Shown: positions 49,030 to 59,565 of the stretch, piece after piece
Layout of the letters: every line of letters starts with the position of its first letter
Position numbering within the stretch: the stretch's first letter is position 1
DNA from: Longimicrobiales bacterium
GTDB taxonomy: Bacteria; Gemmatimonadota; Gemmatimonadetes; Longimicrobiales; Gaopeijiaceae
Direction of reading: 5' to 3'
Assembly: GCA_041690395.1 (NCBI GenBank)
Contig: JAWLHJ010000002.1
Location: 32,001-96,000 of the forward strand
Length of the DNA stretch: 64,000 bases
Position numbers and translations under genes: made by a program
The notes under the pieces: generated by a model
Seen by the model: only the letters and a program-made list of their open reading frames with translations
Database searches by the model: none
Told to the model about the DNA's origin: nothing

Positions 49030-50100
49030 TCAACGAAGCAGGCCCTCGATGATCTGCTTGGCCACGGAGTACGGTGTGGCGTCGCTGGTGCGGATCCGCT
49101 CGACCCCCCGGTCGAGGAGCTCCGTCGTCTCGTCGCGGCCCCAGGCGATGCGCTTGAGCTCCCGGTTCACGACGTCCTGGACCCGACCGCGGGCCCGGGC
49201 GCGCCGGCGACCTTCGAGCTGTCCGCTCTCGACGAGCCAGGTCCGGTGCTTCTCCACCGTGTCGAGGAGCTCGTCCACGCCCTCCCCCGACTGCGCCGTC
49301 GTGGCCAGGACCGGAATCGACCAGGCGCCGTCGTCCGGCTTCGGCGACGTGCTCCGCTCCTTCTTCATGACCCGGCCGAGATCGACACCGTGGTGCGCGG
49401 GAACGTCCTTCATGGCGCTCCCCGCCTTCAGGTGCATGGCCTGGCGGATCTCCTTGACGAGCCGGTCCGCGCCCGGACGGTCCGCCTTGTTCACCACGAA
49501 GATGTCCGCGATTTCCATGAGTCCGGCCTTCATCGCCTGGATGGCGTCGCCCGACTCGGGCACGAGCACGACCACGACCGTGTCGGCCGCCGCCGTGATC
49601 TCGAGCTCCGTCTGCCCGACACCCACCGTCTCGACCAGGATCCGGTCGAACCGGTAGGCGTCCATCAGGTCGAGGACTTCCTTGGTCGTGGTGGCGAGCC
49701 CGCCGAGCGAGCCGCGCGTGGCCATCGACCGGATGAAGATCCCGGGATCGGTCGCGAGGTCGTTCATCCGGATGCGGTCACCCAGGAGCGCCCCGCCCGA
49801 GTACGGCGACGTCGGGTCCACGGCCACGACGCCGACGGTCTCCTCCCGCGCCCGGTAGCGGGTCGCCGCCGCGGCGACAAGGCTCGACTTCCCCGCCCCC
49901 GGAGGGCCCGTGAAGCCGACCCGGGCCGTCTCCGGGCCGGTCTTGAGCAGCTCGTGCAGCAGCTCCTGGAAGCCGGAACGCTCATCCTCGACCATCGAGA
50001 TGGCGCGGGCGAGGGCGACCGGCTTCTTGTCGCGGAAGCGCTGGAGCAGGGTGGCGTGCGCGGGGGGGAGGTCTCCGGTGAGGGGCGGCATTTCGGTCAT
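49030..50100 (-). CDS. meaB: Mutase-associated GTPase MeaB
   Basis: GPPGAGKSS, AVDPTSP, GDRIRM, RSMATRG, ETVGVGQ, KAGLMEIADIFVVNKAD. Confidence 0.95.
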   Translation of the reverse strand: MTEMPPLTGDLPPAHATLLQRFRDKKPVALARAISMVEDERSGFQELLHELLKTGPETARVGFTGPPGAGKSSLVAAAATRYRAREETVGVVAVDPTSPYSGGALLGDRIRMNDLATDPGIFIRSMATRGSLGGLATTTKEVLDLMDAYRFDRILVETVGVGQTELEITAAADTVVVVLVPESGDAIQAMKAGLMEIADIFVVNKADRPGADRLVKEIRQAMHLKAGSAMKDVPAHHGVDLGRVMKKERSTSPKPDDGAWSIPVLATTAQSGEGVDELLDTVEKHRTWLVESGQLEGRRRARARGRVQDVVNRELKRIAWGRDETTELLDRGVERIRTSDATPYSVAKQIIEGLLR

Positions 50101-50175
50101 GGGCTCTGGAGCATGGGGCGACGTTCGGCGCAAAATCCTATCAGGGGCGGGCGGGCTCGCACACCCCGCCTGCTG

Positions 50176-50480
50176 AACAGGTCGCTGAAAAAGGGGAGTA
50201 CCCCGCGCGCATGGGGCTTTCGCTGGTCAGGCAAGGAACGACGACGAGCCATAGCACCGCTACGGCGAGCGAGGAGTGACGCTGCATCACCAGCGAAACC
50301 CCCATGCGCCCAACAAGTGGAATGATATGATCTTACAACCTGAAGGGTTGGGGCGGCACGGCCCCGTTCCGGTCGTTGAAGCTCCTCCGCGTAGCTACGG
50401 CTATGCGGTCGTCGCTCCGCCTACGGCTCGGCGCCGTGGCGCTCCCAACGCGGGGTACTCCCCTTTTTCAGCGACCTGTT
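50176..50480. mobile_element. MITE-like non-coding element with 32-bp perfect terminal inverted repeats
   Basis: AACAGGTCGCTGAAAAAGGGGAGTACCCCGCG (50176-50207) is the exact reverse complement of 50449-50480; internal hairpins; no credible ORF. Confidence 0.75.
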
Positions 50481-52140
50481 AACGCCACTCGTCGGTGCGC
50501 ACGCCGCGCGCGTGCCGCAGCGGATTCTCCAGCAGGTGCGTGGGAATGAACAGGACGACCACGAACATCACGAGGGCGAGGAAGAGGCCCGCTCCGAGCA
50601 GCCACCAGCTCCTGAGCGCGATGAACAGGATCGACGTGATGACCGCGGTCGCGGAGGCGAAGATGCTCAGGAGGAGGCGACGCGCCTGGAGGTGCAGGAA
50701 GCGCTCCTGCGACTGCACGTCGCGCGGATGGACCCGTACCCTCAGCTCCTCGCGCTCGGCTCGCGTGACGAGGTCGCGGACTGACCGAAGCGCGTGCTGT
50801 GCCTCGTCGATCACCCCGCGGGCGATCTGAGCCGGCTGCTGACCCGTCGAGCGGAGCAGGTCGGCCTTGTGCTTCCGAACGACTTCGCGGATGAACGAGA
50901 GCCCGTCGAAGTTGGGGTCGTAGACGAAGGCGAGCCCCTCGATGAGCGCGGCCGTCCGGAAGAAGTACACGAGCTCCTGGGGCAGCACGAGCGGCCAGGT
51001 GTAGAACGTATCGAGGAACTCCGTGACGATGTCCTCGACGATCCGTTCCCGGCTCGTGGTCTTGGCCCGTTCCACGATCCGGAGGATCTCCGTCGCAGCT
51101 TCCCGGATCTCCCCGCGCGAGACCTCGGGGCTGATCATCCCCAAGCGGTACATCTCGTTGATGACGCCGTCGATGTCCTCGCGGCCGACGGCCAGCGCCG
51201 AGCTCAGGATCGACTCGCGCGTCCACTTCGGCACCTCGAGAACGGCGCCCCAGTCCAGCAGGACGAGCGTGCCGTCGTCCTGGACCAGCAGGTTCCCGGG
51301 GTGGGGGTCGGCGTGCATGAAGCCGTCGACCATCATCATGCGCAGGTAGACCCCCGTCAGGGTCTCCATGACGTCGCGGAACGAGAGCCGGCCCGCTTCG
51401 AAGAGCGGATGCAGGCGGTCGATCTTGGTGCCGACCACGTGCTCCATGACGAGCACGCGCCGCCGGGTCATGTGCTCGACCACGGCCGGAACGCGCACCC
51501 GACGCTCGGAGGCGAACACTCTGCGGAAGCGGGCCATGTTCGAGGCCTCGTCCCGGAAGTCCATCTCCGAGCGGACCCGTACCGAGAATTCGCGGACCAC
51601 GTTGGTGAGCGCCCGGACGTGGTGGTTCGGAAAGAGGATGTTCAGCCAGAAGAGAAGCCGGAACGAGATGTCGATGTCGAGCGCCACCGCGGCCTCGACC
51701 CCGGGACGGAGCACCTTGACCACGACGTCGCGGCCGTCCAGCCGGGCTCGGTGGACCTGGCCCAGGCTCGCGGCCGCCACCGGCTCGTCGTGGAACGCCT
51801 CGAAGATCTCCGGAACCGGTGCCCCGAACTCCCGCTCGATCACGGCCCGGATCTCCGCCGCAGGGTCGGGAGGAACCTGGTCCTGAAGCCGGCCGATGGC
51901 CGACAGGTACGGTTCCGGAAGGATGTCGGCGCGGGCGCTCAGCAGCTGCGCCAGCTTGACGAAGGTGGGGCCGAGCGCCGCGAGTCGAGCCGAGAGTCGG
52001 TCGGCGCGTCGGGCGTGGTGGTCCGCGGAACGGGCGGCAGGGCGGCCGAAGAGAATCCAGCGTCGTCGGTCCCGCAAGAACGCCAGAGCGAACGGCAGTA
52101 GGAAGTAGAGGACCGAGATCGACCGGCTGATCCGTTTCAC
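50479..52140 (-). CDS. AarF/UbiB (ABC1) family atypical kinase
   Basis: LGPTFVKLAQ, LQD, AAASLGQVH, VVKVLRP, HADPHPGN, LLDWG; C-terminal TM helices. Confidence 0.93.
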   Translation of the reverse strand: MKRISRSISVLYFLLPFALAFLRDRRRWILFGRPAARSADHHARRADRLSARLAALGPTFVKLAQLLSARADILPEPYLSAIGRLQDQVPPDPAAEIRAVIEREFGAPVPEIFEAFHDEPVAAASLGQVHRARLDGRDVVVKVLRPGVEAAVALDIDISFRLLFWLNILFPNHHVRALTNVVREFSVRVRSEMDFRDEASNMARFRRVFASERRVRVPAVVEHMTRRRVLVMEHVVGTKIDRLHPLFEAGRLSFRDVMETLTGVYLRMMMVDGFMHADPHPGNLLVQDDGTLVLLDWGAVLEVPKWTRESILSSALAVGREDIDGVINEMYRLGMISPEVSRGEIREAATEILRIVERAKTTSRERIVEDIVTEFLDTFYTWPLVLPQELVYFFRTAALIEGLAFVYDPNFDGLSFIREVVRKHKADLLRSTGQQPAQIARGVIDEAQHALRSVRDLVTRAEREELRVRVHPRDVQSQERFLHLQARRLLLSIFASATAVITSILFIALRSWWLLGAGLFLALVMFVVVLFIPTHLLENPLRHARGVRTDEWR

Positions 52141-52152
52141 GTCACCGCCGCC

Positions 52153-53517
52153 TCACAGGAGGAGCCCGCTCGCGAGGCTGAGCAGGAAGAGGAAGCCGAA
52201 GAGATCGGTGAACGGCGTCACGAACATCGACGACCCGACGGCCGGATCGACACCCAGCCGGTTCATGACCGACGGAACGAACGATCCGAGGAAGCCGGCG
52301 ATCACCAGGTTCCCCCACATGGCCAGCAGCACGACGATGCCCAGGACGGGATCGCCGCCGACGAAGGTGGCGAGGAGCGCCACCACGCCCCCGATGATCG
52401 CCCCGTTCACCGCGCCGACGGCCAGCTCACGCCCGACCATCGACGCGAGCTCACGCACCGGCTCCACGCCTCCGTCGAGGGAGATCGTCCGCACGGTGAC
52501 GGCCAGCGCCTGCGTGCCGGCATTCCCGCCGAGGCCGGCGACGATCGGCATGATCGCGGCCAGGATCACGACGTTCTCGATGGTCTCCGAGAACCGGTAG
52601 ACGACGAACGACGCCGTCGCGGCCGTCAGCAGATTCACGAACAGCCACGGAATCCGGGCCCTCACCGACTCGAGCCAGGTGTAGCGGAGGGCGCTCTGGT
52701 CGCCCCCGAGACCCGCCATGAGGAAGATGTCCTCGGTCTGCTCGGCCTCGATGACGTCGATCACGTCGTCGAAGGTGATGCGCCCGAGGAGCACGCCTCC
52801 CGAGTCCACCACGGCGATGGACGCGAGGTTGTAGCGGCCGATGAGGCGGCCGACGTCCTCCTGGTCCATCGTGGGGAGCACGGTCGCGACCGGAGCCTCC
52901 ACCAGACCGTCGATCCGCTGGTCCGGATCGGCGATCACCAGGTCGTCGAGCCGAACCGTGCCGAGCAACCTACGCGCCCCGTCCACCACGAAGACCGTAT
53001 AGAAGTCCTCGACCTCGCGTCCCTGGCGTCGAACCTGCGCGAGCGCCTCCCCGGCCGTGAGCTCGGCCTGAACCGCGACGAGCTCGGTCGTCATGAGCCC
53101 GCCGGCGCTCTCCTCCTCGTGTTCGAGAAGGCCCCGGAAGCTCACGTCGTCGGGGAGACCGTCGAGAACCCGCTGCTGCTCTTCGGGCTCCAGCTCGCCG
53201 ATCAGGTCGGCCGCGTCGTCGTCGGCCAGCTCCAGAAGGAGCTCGGCCCGCTTCTCCGGGAGGAGGGCCGCGAGGAGCTCGGCCCGGTCGTCACCGGCGT
53301 CCATCTCCGCCAGCGTCTCGGACGCGAGCTCGGCGGGAAGCAGGGAGACGAAGCCGATGCGCTCGGCTTCGTCCATCCCTTCCACGAGGTCCGCGATATC
53401 CGACGGATGGAGCGGCGTGGCGAGCTCGCGGGCGCGATCGAACTCACCCGCACGGATCAGCTCCTCGAGCCGCTCTCTCAGCGCGTCGAGGTCGAGCTCC
53501 GGCTCGGAGGACGTCAC
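52153..53517 (-). CDS. mgtE: Magnesium transporter MgtE
   Basis: HPSDIA N-domain, AGGLMT CBS pair, RIPWL, GGNAGTQ, DPAVGS, FTDLFG; GTGA overlap with ybeY. Confidence 0.93.
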   Translation of the reverse strand: MTSSEPELDLDALRERLEELIRAGEFDRARELATPLHPSDIADLVEGMDEAERIGFVSLLPAELASETLAEMDAGDDRAELLAALLPEKRAELLLELADDDAADLIGELEPEEQQRVLDGLPDDVSFRGLLEHEEESAGGLMTTELVAVQAELTAGEALAQVRRQGREVEDFYTVFVVDGARRLLGTVRLDDLVIADPDQRIDGLVEAPVATVLPTMDQEDVGRLIGRYNLASIAVVDSGGVLLGRITFDDVIDVIEAEQTEDIFLMAGLGGDQSALRYTWLESVRARIPWLFVNLLTAATASFVVYRFSETIENVVILAAIMPIVAGLGGNAGTQALAVTVRTISLDGGVEPVRELASMVGRELAVGAVNGAIIGGVVALLATFVGGDPVLGIVVLLAMWGNLVIAGFLGSFVPSVMNRLGVDPAVGSSMFVTPFTDLFGFLFLLSLASGLLL

Positions 53518-53945
53518 GCCTCGCCGTTCCCTGTCAGCTCGGCGACGATACGCTCCTGCAGGACGAACATCGGACTGCCGTACCGGTCCTCTCCGACGGG
53601 ATGGTCGTGCCCGAGCACGTGGAGCGTCCCGTGCACGGCCAGCCGCACCAGCTCCTGGTCGAGCGGGATCCCGTGCTCCGCGGCCTGGCGACGAGCCTGA
53701 TCGACCCCCAGATAGACGTCTCCGACGCACTCCGCGTCCGCACCGAGCGTGAACGCGATCACGTCGGTGGGCCGGTCGTGACCGAGGAAGCGATGGTTGA
53801 GCTCCCGGATGTCGTCGTCCCCGAGAAGCGCCACGGAGATCTCGAGAACCTCGCCGCCCTCGCGGGAGACCGTGCGGCGCACCGCCTCCTCGAGCGCATC
53901 GGCATCGACGGATGCGTAGTCGCCGACTTCGACGAGAACGGTCAT
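53514..53945 (-). CDS. ybeY: rRNA maturation endoribonuclease YbeY
   Basis: LNHRFLGHDRPTDVIAF, GDVYL, HGTLHVLGHDH. Confidence 0.95.
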   Translation of the reverse strand: MTVLVEVGDYASVDADALEEAVRRTVSREGGEVLEISVALLGDDDIRELNHRFLGHDRPTDVIAFTLGADAECVGDVYLGVDQARRQAAEHGIPLDQELVRLAVHGTLHVLGHDHPVGEDRYGSPMFVLQERIVAELTGNGEA

Positions 53946-56272
53946 CCCCGTGCCCGCGGCTGTACGGTCCGATCCGAACCGACCTCGACCGTGGCCTCAT
54001 CGGGCTCGTCGGCGTCGAGATCCTCCGGCGGCGCCGAAACCTCGTCACCTCCTCCGGGAGCCGCGTCGGTCAGGTGCTTCGTGGCCGGATACTCGATGCG
54101 CCGGTGGGAGACGCCGCCCAGGATCTTGGCGAACTGCTCCTTCGCGCGCGCGATCTCGGCCATGGTGAGCGGAGCGTCGTCGAGCTGCCCGTCCGCGATC
54201 TTGGCTGCGACGATGGACTCGATGAGGTTCTGCATCCGCTCGGTCGTCGGCTCGCGCATGGCACGCGCAGCGGACTCGCAGGAATCCGCGAGCATGACGA
54301 TCGCGGTCTCCCGGGTGCGGGGCCTCGGTCCCGGATAAGAGAACCGCGTGAGGTCGAGCTCGCCGTCGGCTTCCTCGAGCGCCTTCTCGTAGAAGAAGCC
54401 GATCTTCTGGGTCCCGTGATGCTCCAGGATGAAGTCGATCACGACCTCCGGCACGTTCGCCTCGCGAGCGAGCCTCACACCCTCCGTCACGTGCTCGCGC
54501 ACGATCGTCGCGGACGTCTCCGGCTTGAGCTTGTCGTGCGGATTACGGGCGTCCGGTTGGTTCTCGACGAAGTAATGGGGCTTCAACATCTTGCCGACGT
54601 CGTGGTACAGGACCCCGACCCTGCAGAGCAGCCCGTTCGCCCCGATCTCCGAAGCCGCCGCCTCGGCGAGGTTCGCCACGTTGATGGTGTGGGCGTACGT
54701 CCCCGGGGCCTCCATGGACAGTCGTCTCAGGAGCGGGCGGGTCGGATCGGCCCATTCGAGGAGCGTCTGGTCGGTGGTGATCCCCGTGAAGAGCTCGAAC
54801 ACCCAGAGGAAGCCCATGGCCAGGAGCGCCGACACGGTCGCGTTCCCGGCGAAGACGGCGCTGCCTCTCAGGGCGTCGGTGACGTCGCCGCCCACCGCGA
54901 ACGCGTGCGCCAGGAGCACGACACCGGCGGCGAGCGCGATGATGGAGATCGAGACCCAGGTCTCCGACCGGCGGCGGACGGCGCGCACGCTCATGGCCGC
55001 GGCCGACCCTCCGGCGACGAGCGCCAGCACGGTCCCGTAATCCGCGAACGGGGGGAGCGTGCCCGTGACCGCCGCGAGCACCAGGACGAGGAACAGCGAC
55101 ATGCGGGTGTCCCACAGCACCGCAACCGGGAGCGCGACGAAGGCGATGGGAAGCCACTCCACCGCCAGCCCGCCGCGGTCGATGACGATGCCCGCGCCGA
55201 AGTAAGCGGCGACCAACACCGCGATGAGCAGGACCCAGCGGAAGTTCGCGTAAACCTCAGGCCGGTTGAACATCAGGAGCAGCCCGAAGATCGACAGCAG
55301 GACCGTGTTGAGGAGCCACGACCCGATGACGGCGCTCAGTGCGGCGCCCTCCCGCTCCAGGAGCCCGCTCGCGCGAAGCTCCTCCTCGTAGGCTTCCAGG
55401 CGTTCGAGCGTTTCGGGCCCGATCGGGTCCGCCTGCCGGACGATGGCCTGGCCCTGCAGCACCTGCGCCTTCGTCGTCGGCACGCTCGCCGCGGCCTGGG
55501 CCCGGTCGCTCTCCGTGGCGGAGACGTTCACGTCGAGCGTGAAGTCGACGTGGTGGATGAGGATCAGCCGGAAGAGGTCTCGCGCGTCCGGTGGAAAGTC
55601 GTCCGGCAGGAAGGCCACGGACCGGGAGAAGAAGTCCCGCGAGGTCAGGATCGACGCGGCTTCGGCCGTCTCCTCGTCATCGCCACGCCGCAACGTGACG
55701 GATCCGGCCGTGAGGTCGATCATGCGCGCGGCATCGGCCACACCCTGCGGCAGGATCTCGCGGGCCGCCCGGATCGCCGCGGTGCGGAACGCGCCGCGTG
55801 AGACGGGCTCGAGGAGATACCTCAGCTGGGAGGGTGTCGGCGTGATCTGGCTCTCGCGGAGCACGTCGCGCACTGCGGCCGTGTCCGCGGCGGAGGCCGT
55901 GCTGTCCAGGGCATCGAAGAAGCGAGCCAGATCAGCGGCGACGGAATCCGCGACCTCGGGCCGGAAGTCGAAGGTGGGGGGCACGGCCTCCATGGCGGAA
56001 CGCCGATCCCGCTCCAGCTCGGTCGCGTTCTTGGGCACCTCGAAGGGGATCTCGGCGATCACGTCCTCGGTGGCCACCATGTCCTGGGTGTACCGCTGCA
56101 CCTCCATCGGGCTCTCGGGCGGGAACGCGAGGGCCACGAACGCCGCCAGCCCCGCCAGGAGCAGGAGGCGCGATCCGTGGTGGCGGGCACGCGCACCCGT
56201 CGTGGCTCCGGGGTCGCCCGACAGCTTGTGCAGCACGGACTCCCGTTCGGGATCCTGCCCGCGCGCGTTCAC
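53942..56272 (-). CDS. 7TM-HD phosphohydrolase (PgpH/YqfF-like c-di-AMP phosphodiesterase)
   Basis: Extracytoplasmic domain, about 7 TM helices, EAPGTYAH, YHDVGK, FVENQ, EHHGT, YPGPRP, MLADSCE. Confidence 0.9.
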   Translation of the reverse strand: MNARGQDPERESVLHKLSGDPGATTGARARHHGSRLLLLAGLAAFVALAFPPESPMEVQRYTQDMVATEDVIAEIPFEVPKNATELERDRRSAMEAVPPTFDFRPEVADSVAADLARFFDALDSTASAADTAAVRDVLRESQITPTPSQLRYLLEPVSRGAFRTAAIRAAREILPQGVADAARMIDLTAGSVTLRRGDDEETAEAASILTSRDFFSRSVAFLPDDFPPDARDLFRLILIHHVDFTLDVNVSATESDRAQAAASVPTTKAQVLQGQAIVRQADPIGPETLERLEAYEEELRASGLLEREGAALSAVIGSWLLNTVLLSIFGLLLMFNRPEVYANFRWVLLIAVLVAAYFGAGIVIDRGGLAVEWLPIAFVALPVAVLWDTRMSLFLVLVLAAVTGTLPPFADYGTVLALVAGGSAAAMSVRAVRRRSETWVSISIIALAAGVVLLAHAFAVGGDVTDALRGSAVFAGNATVSALLAMGFLWVFELFTGITTDQTLLEWADPTRPLLRRLSMEAPGTYAHTINVANLAEAAASEIGANGLLCRVGVLYHDVGKMLKPHYFVENQPDARNPHDKLKPETSATIVREHVTEGVRLAREANVPEVVIDFILEHHGTQKIGFFYEKALEEADGELDLTRFSYPGPRPRTRETAIVMLADSCESAARAMREPTTERMQNLIESIVAAKIADGQLDDAPLTMAEIARAKEQFAKILGGVSHRRIEYPATKHLTDAAPGGGDEVSAPPEDLDADEPDEATVEVGSDRTVQPRARG

Positions 56273-57252
56273 CCGCCGCCCCCCTCCGCGGCCCCGCGCC
56301 CGTACGCCTCGATGATGTCCTTCACCAGCCGGTGTCGGATGACGTCCTTGGCGTCGAGGTAGATCAGGGAGATGCCCTCGATGTCGCCCAGGATGTCCTC
56401 GACCTCCAGGAGGCCGGAATCGTCACGGCTCGGCAGGTCGATCTGGGTCTTGTCGCCCGTGATCACGACCCGCGAGTTCAGGCCCAGTCGGGTCAGGAAC
56501 ATCTTCATCTGCGCACGGGTCGCGTTCTGGGCCTCGTCGAGGATGACGAAGGCGTCGGACAGCGTCCGGCCCCGCATGTACGCCAGCGGAGCGATCTCGA
56601 TGGTCGAGTCCTCGAGCGCGCGTCGAACGCGCTCGTGGGGCATCATGTCCTCGAGCGCGTCGTAGAGCGGACGGAGGTAGGGGTCGACCTTCTCCTGGAG
56701 GTCACCGGGCAGGAAACCGAGGTTTTCTCCGGCTTCGACCGCCGGGCGGGCCAGGATGATCCTGCGCACGCGCTTCTTGTAGAGGGCGTCGACGGCGCAC
56801 GCCACGGCGAGATACGTCTTCCCGGTGCCGGCCGGACCGATGCCGATCACGATGTCGTGCTCGACGATGGACCGGAGATAGGTACGCTGTCCGTCCGATT
56901 TCGGTACGATCACGCGCCGCGAGCCCGGGAGCGCGATGCGTAGGTCGTCGTCGGGCCGGACCACACCGTCGGCCCCGAGGGCATCGATGCCGTCGGCGAA
57001 GCGCGCGATGTCCGACACGTCGAAGGGCGCGCGCAGCCGGGCGAGCTCGATCATGTGTTGGAGCACCGGCACCGAGCGCTCCACGCCACCCAGCCCTCCC
57101 GAGAGGATGACGTGGTCCCCGCGCAGAATGGTCCGTACGCCGAACAGCCGCGAGATCTCCTGCAGATTGCGGTCGTTAACTCCGGCCAGCATGAGCGGAT
57201 CGACGCCCTCGGCGTCGAGCCGGTGCTCGATCACGGTCTCAGTGTTGCTCAC
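56269..57252 (-). CDS. phoH: PhoH family ATPase (YbeZ-like)
   Basis: GPAGTGKTYLA, RPAVEAGE, GFLPGD, AYMRGRTL, LDEAQN, GDKTQID; GTG start VSNTET. Confidence 0.95.
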   Translation of the reverse strand: MSNTETVIEHRLDAEGVDPLMLAGVNDRNLQEISRLFGVRTILRGDHVILSGGLGGVERSVPVLQHMIELARLRAPFDVSDIARFADGIDALGADGVVRPDDDLRIALPGSRRVIVPKSDGQRTYLRSIVEHDIVIGIGPAGTGKTYLAVACAVDALYKKRVRRIILARPAVEAGENLGFLPGDLQEKVDPYLRPLYDALEDMMPHERVRRALEDSTIEIAPLAYMRGRTLSDAFVILDEAQNATRAQMKMFLTRLGLNSRVVITGDKTQIDLPSRDDSGLLEVEDILGDIEGISLIYLDAKDVIRHRLVKDIIEAYGRGAAEGGGG

Positions 57253-57269
57253 CCCATCTCCCGGGGTCG

Positions 57270-59069
<1,800 letters not shown>

Positions 59070-59438
59070 TCAATCCGCCTGTGAGAGGGCGCCGGACGGA
59101 GATCCGACGCGCTTGGCGAGTAACGTGACCACGAGATATCCGAACAGGACGCCACCGACGTCGGCGTACCAGTCCCCCAGCGACGGCACGCGGTTCGGGA
59201 CCAGCGCCTGGTGCCATTCGTCCATCGCCCCGTAGAGCATGCCCACACCGATGACGAGCCAGTGCGGAACGGTGCCGCCGCTCCACTGTCGTCCGAGACC
59301 GAGGGCACCGCCCAGAACGGCGAACAGGACGAAGTGGACGACCTTGTCGCTCACGTCGAGCCAGGCCGGGCCGCTGGGATTCGGCCACGAGCTCAATAAA
59401 AAGAGGACCGCCGCCCAAACGAGGGCGGGTCCCCACAT
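59070..59438 (-). CDS. VanZ family membrane protein
   Basis: DKVVHFVLFAVLG, YGAMDEWHQALVPNR, DWYAD; start uncertain. Confidence 0.85.
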   Translation of the reverse strand: MWGPALVWAAVLFLLSSWPNPSGPAWLDVSDKVVHFVLFAVLGGALGLGRQWSGGTVPHWLVIGVGMLYGAMDEWHQALVPNRVPSLGDWYADVGGVLFGYLVVTLLAKRVGSPSGALSQAD

Positions 59439-59565
59439 CCGAAGTTGATTGGCCAAACGGGGGTTCCCAAGGGACTCGGCGTACCGGCCGCGCCCGGTCA
59501 CCTACAGAGGTTCTGCTCGGACGGCTAAGTTAAACGGCCGCACGAGGCCATTCAAGAAACGCCCC

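Noticed and set aside
50101..50480. Cobalamin riboswitch upstream of meaB-mutase
   Set aside because: No B12-box or GGGAA/GCCACTG-type consensus found; the structure is better explained by terminal inverted repeats
50276..50482. 68-aa ORF inside the inverted-repeat element
   Set aside because: No homology cues or transposase motifs; likely incidental
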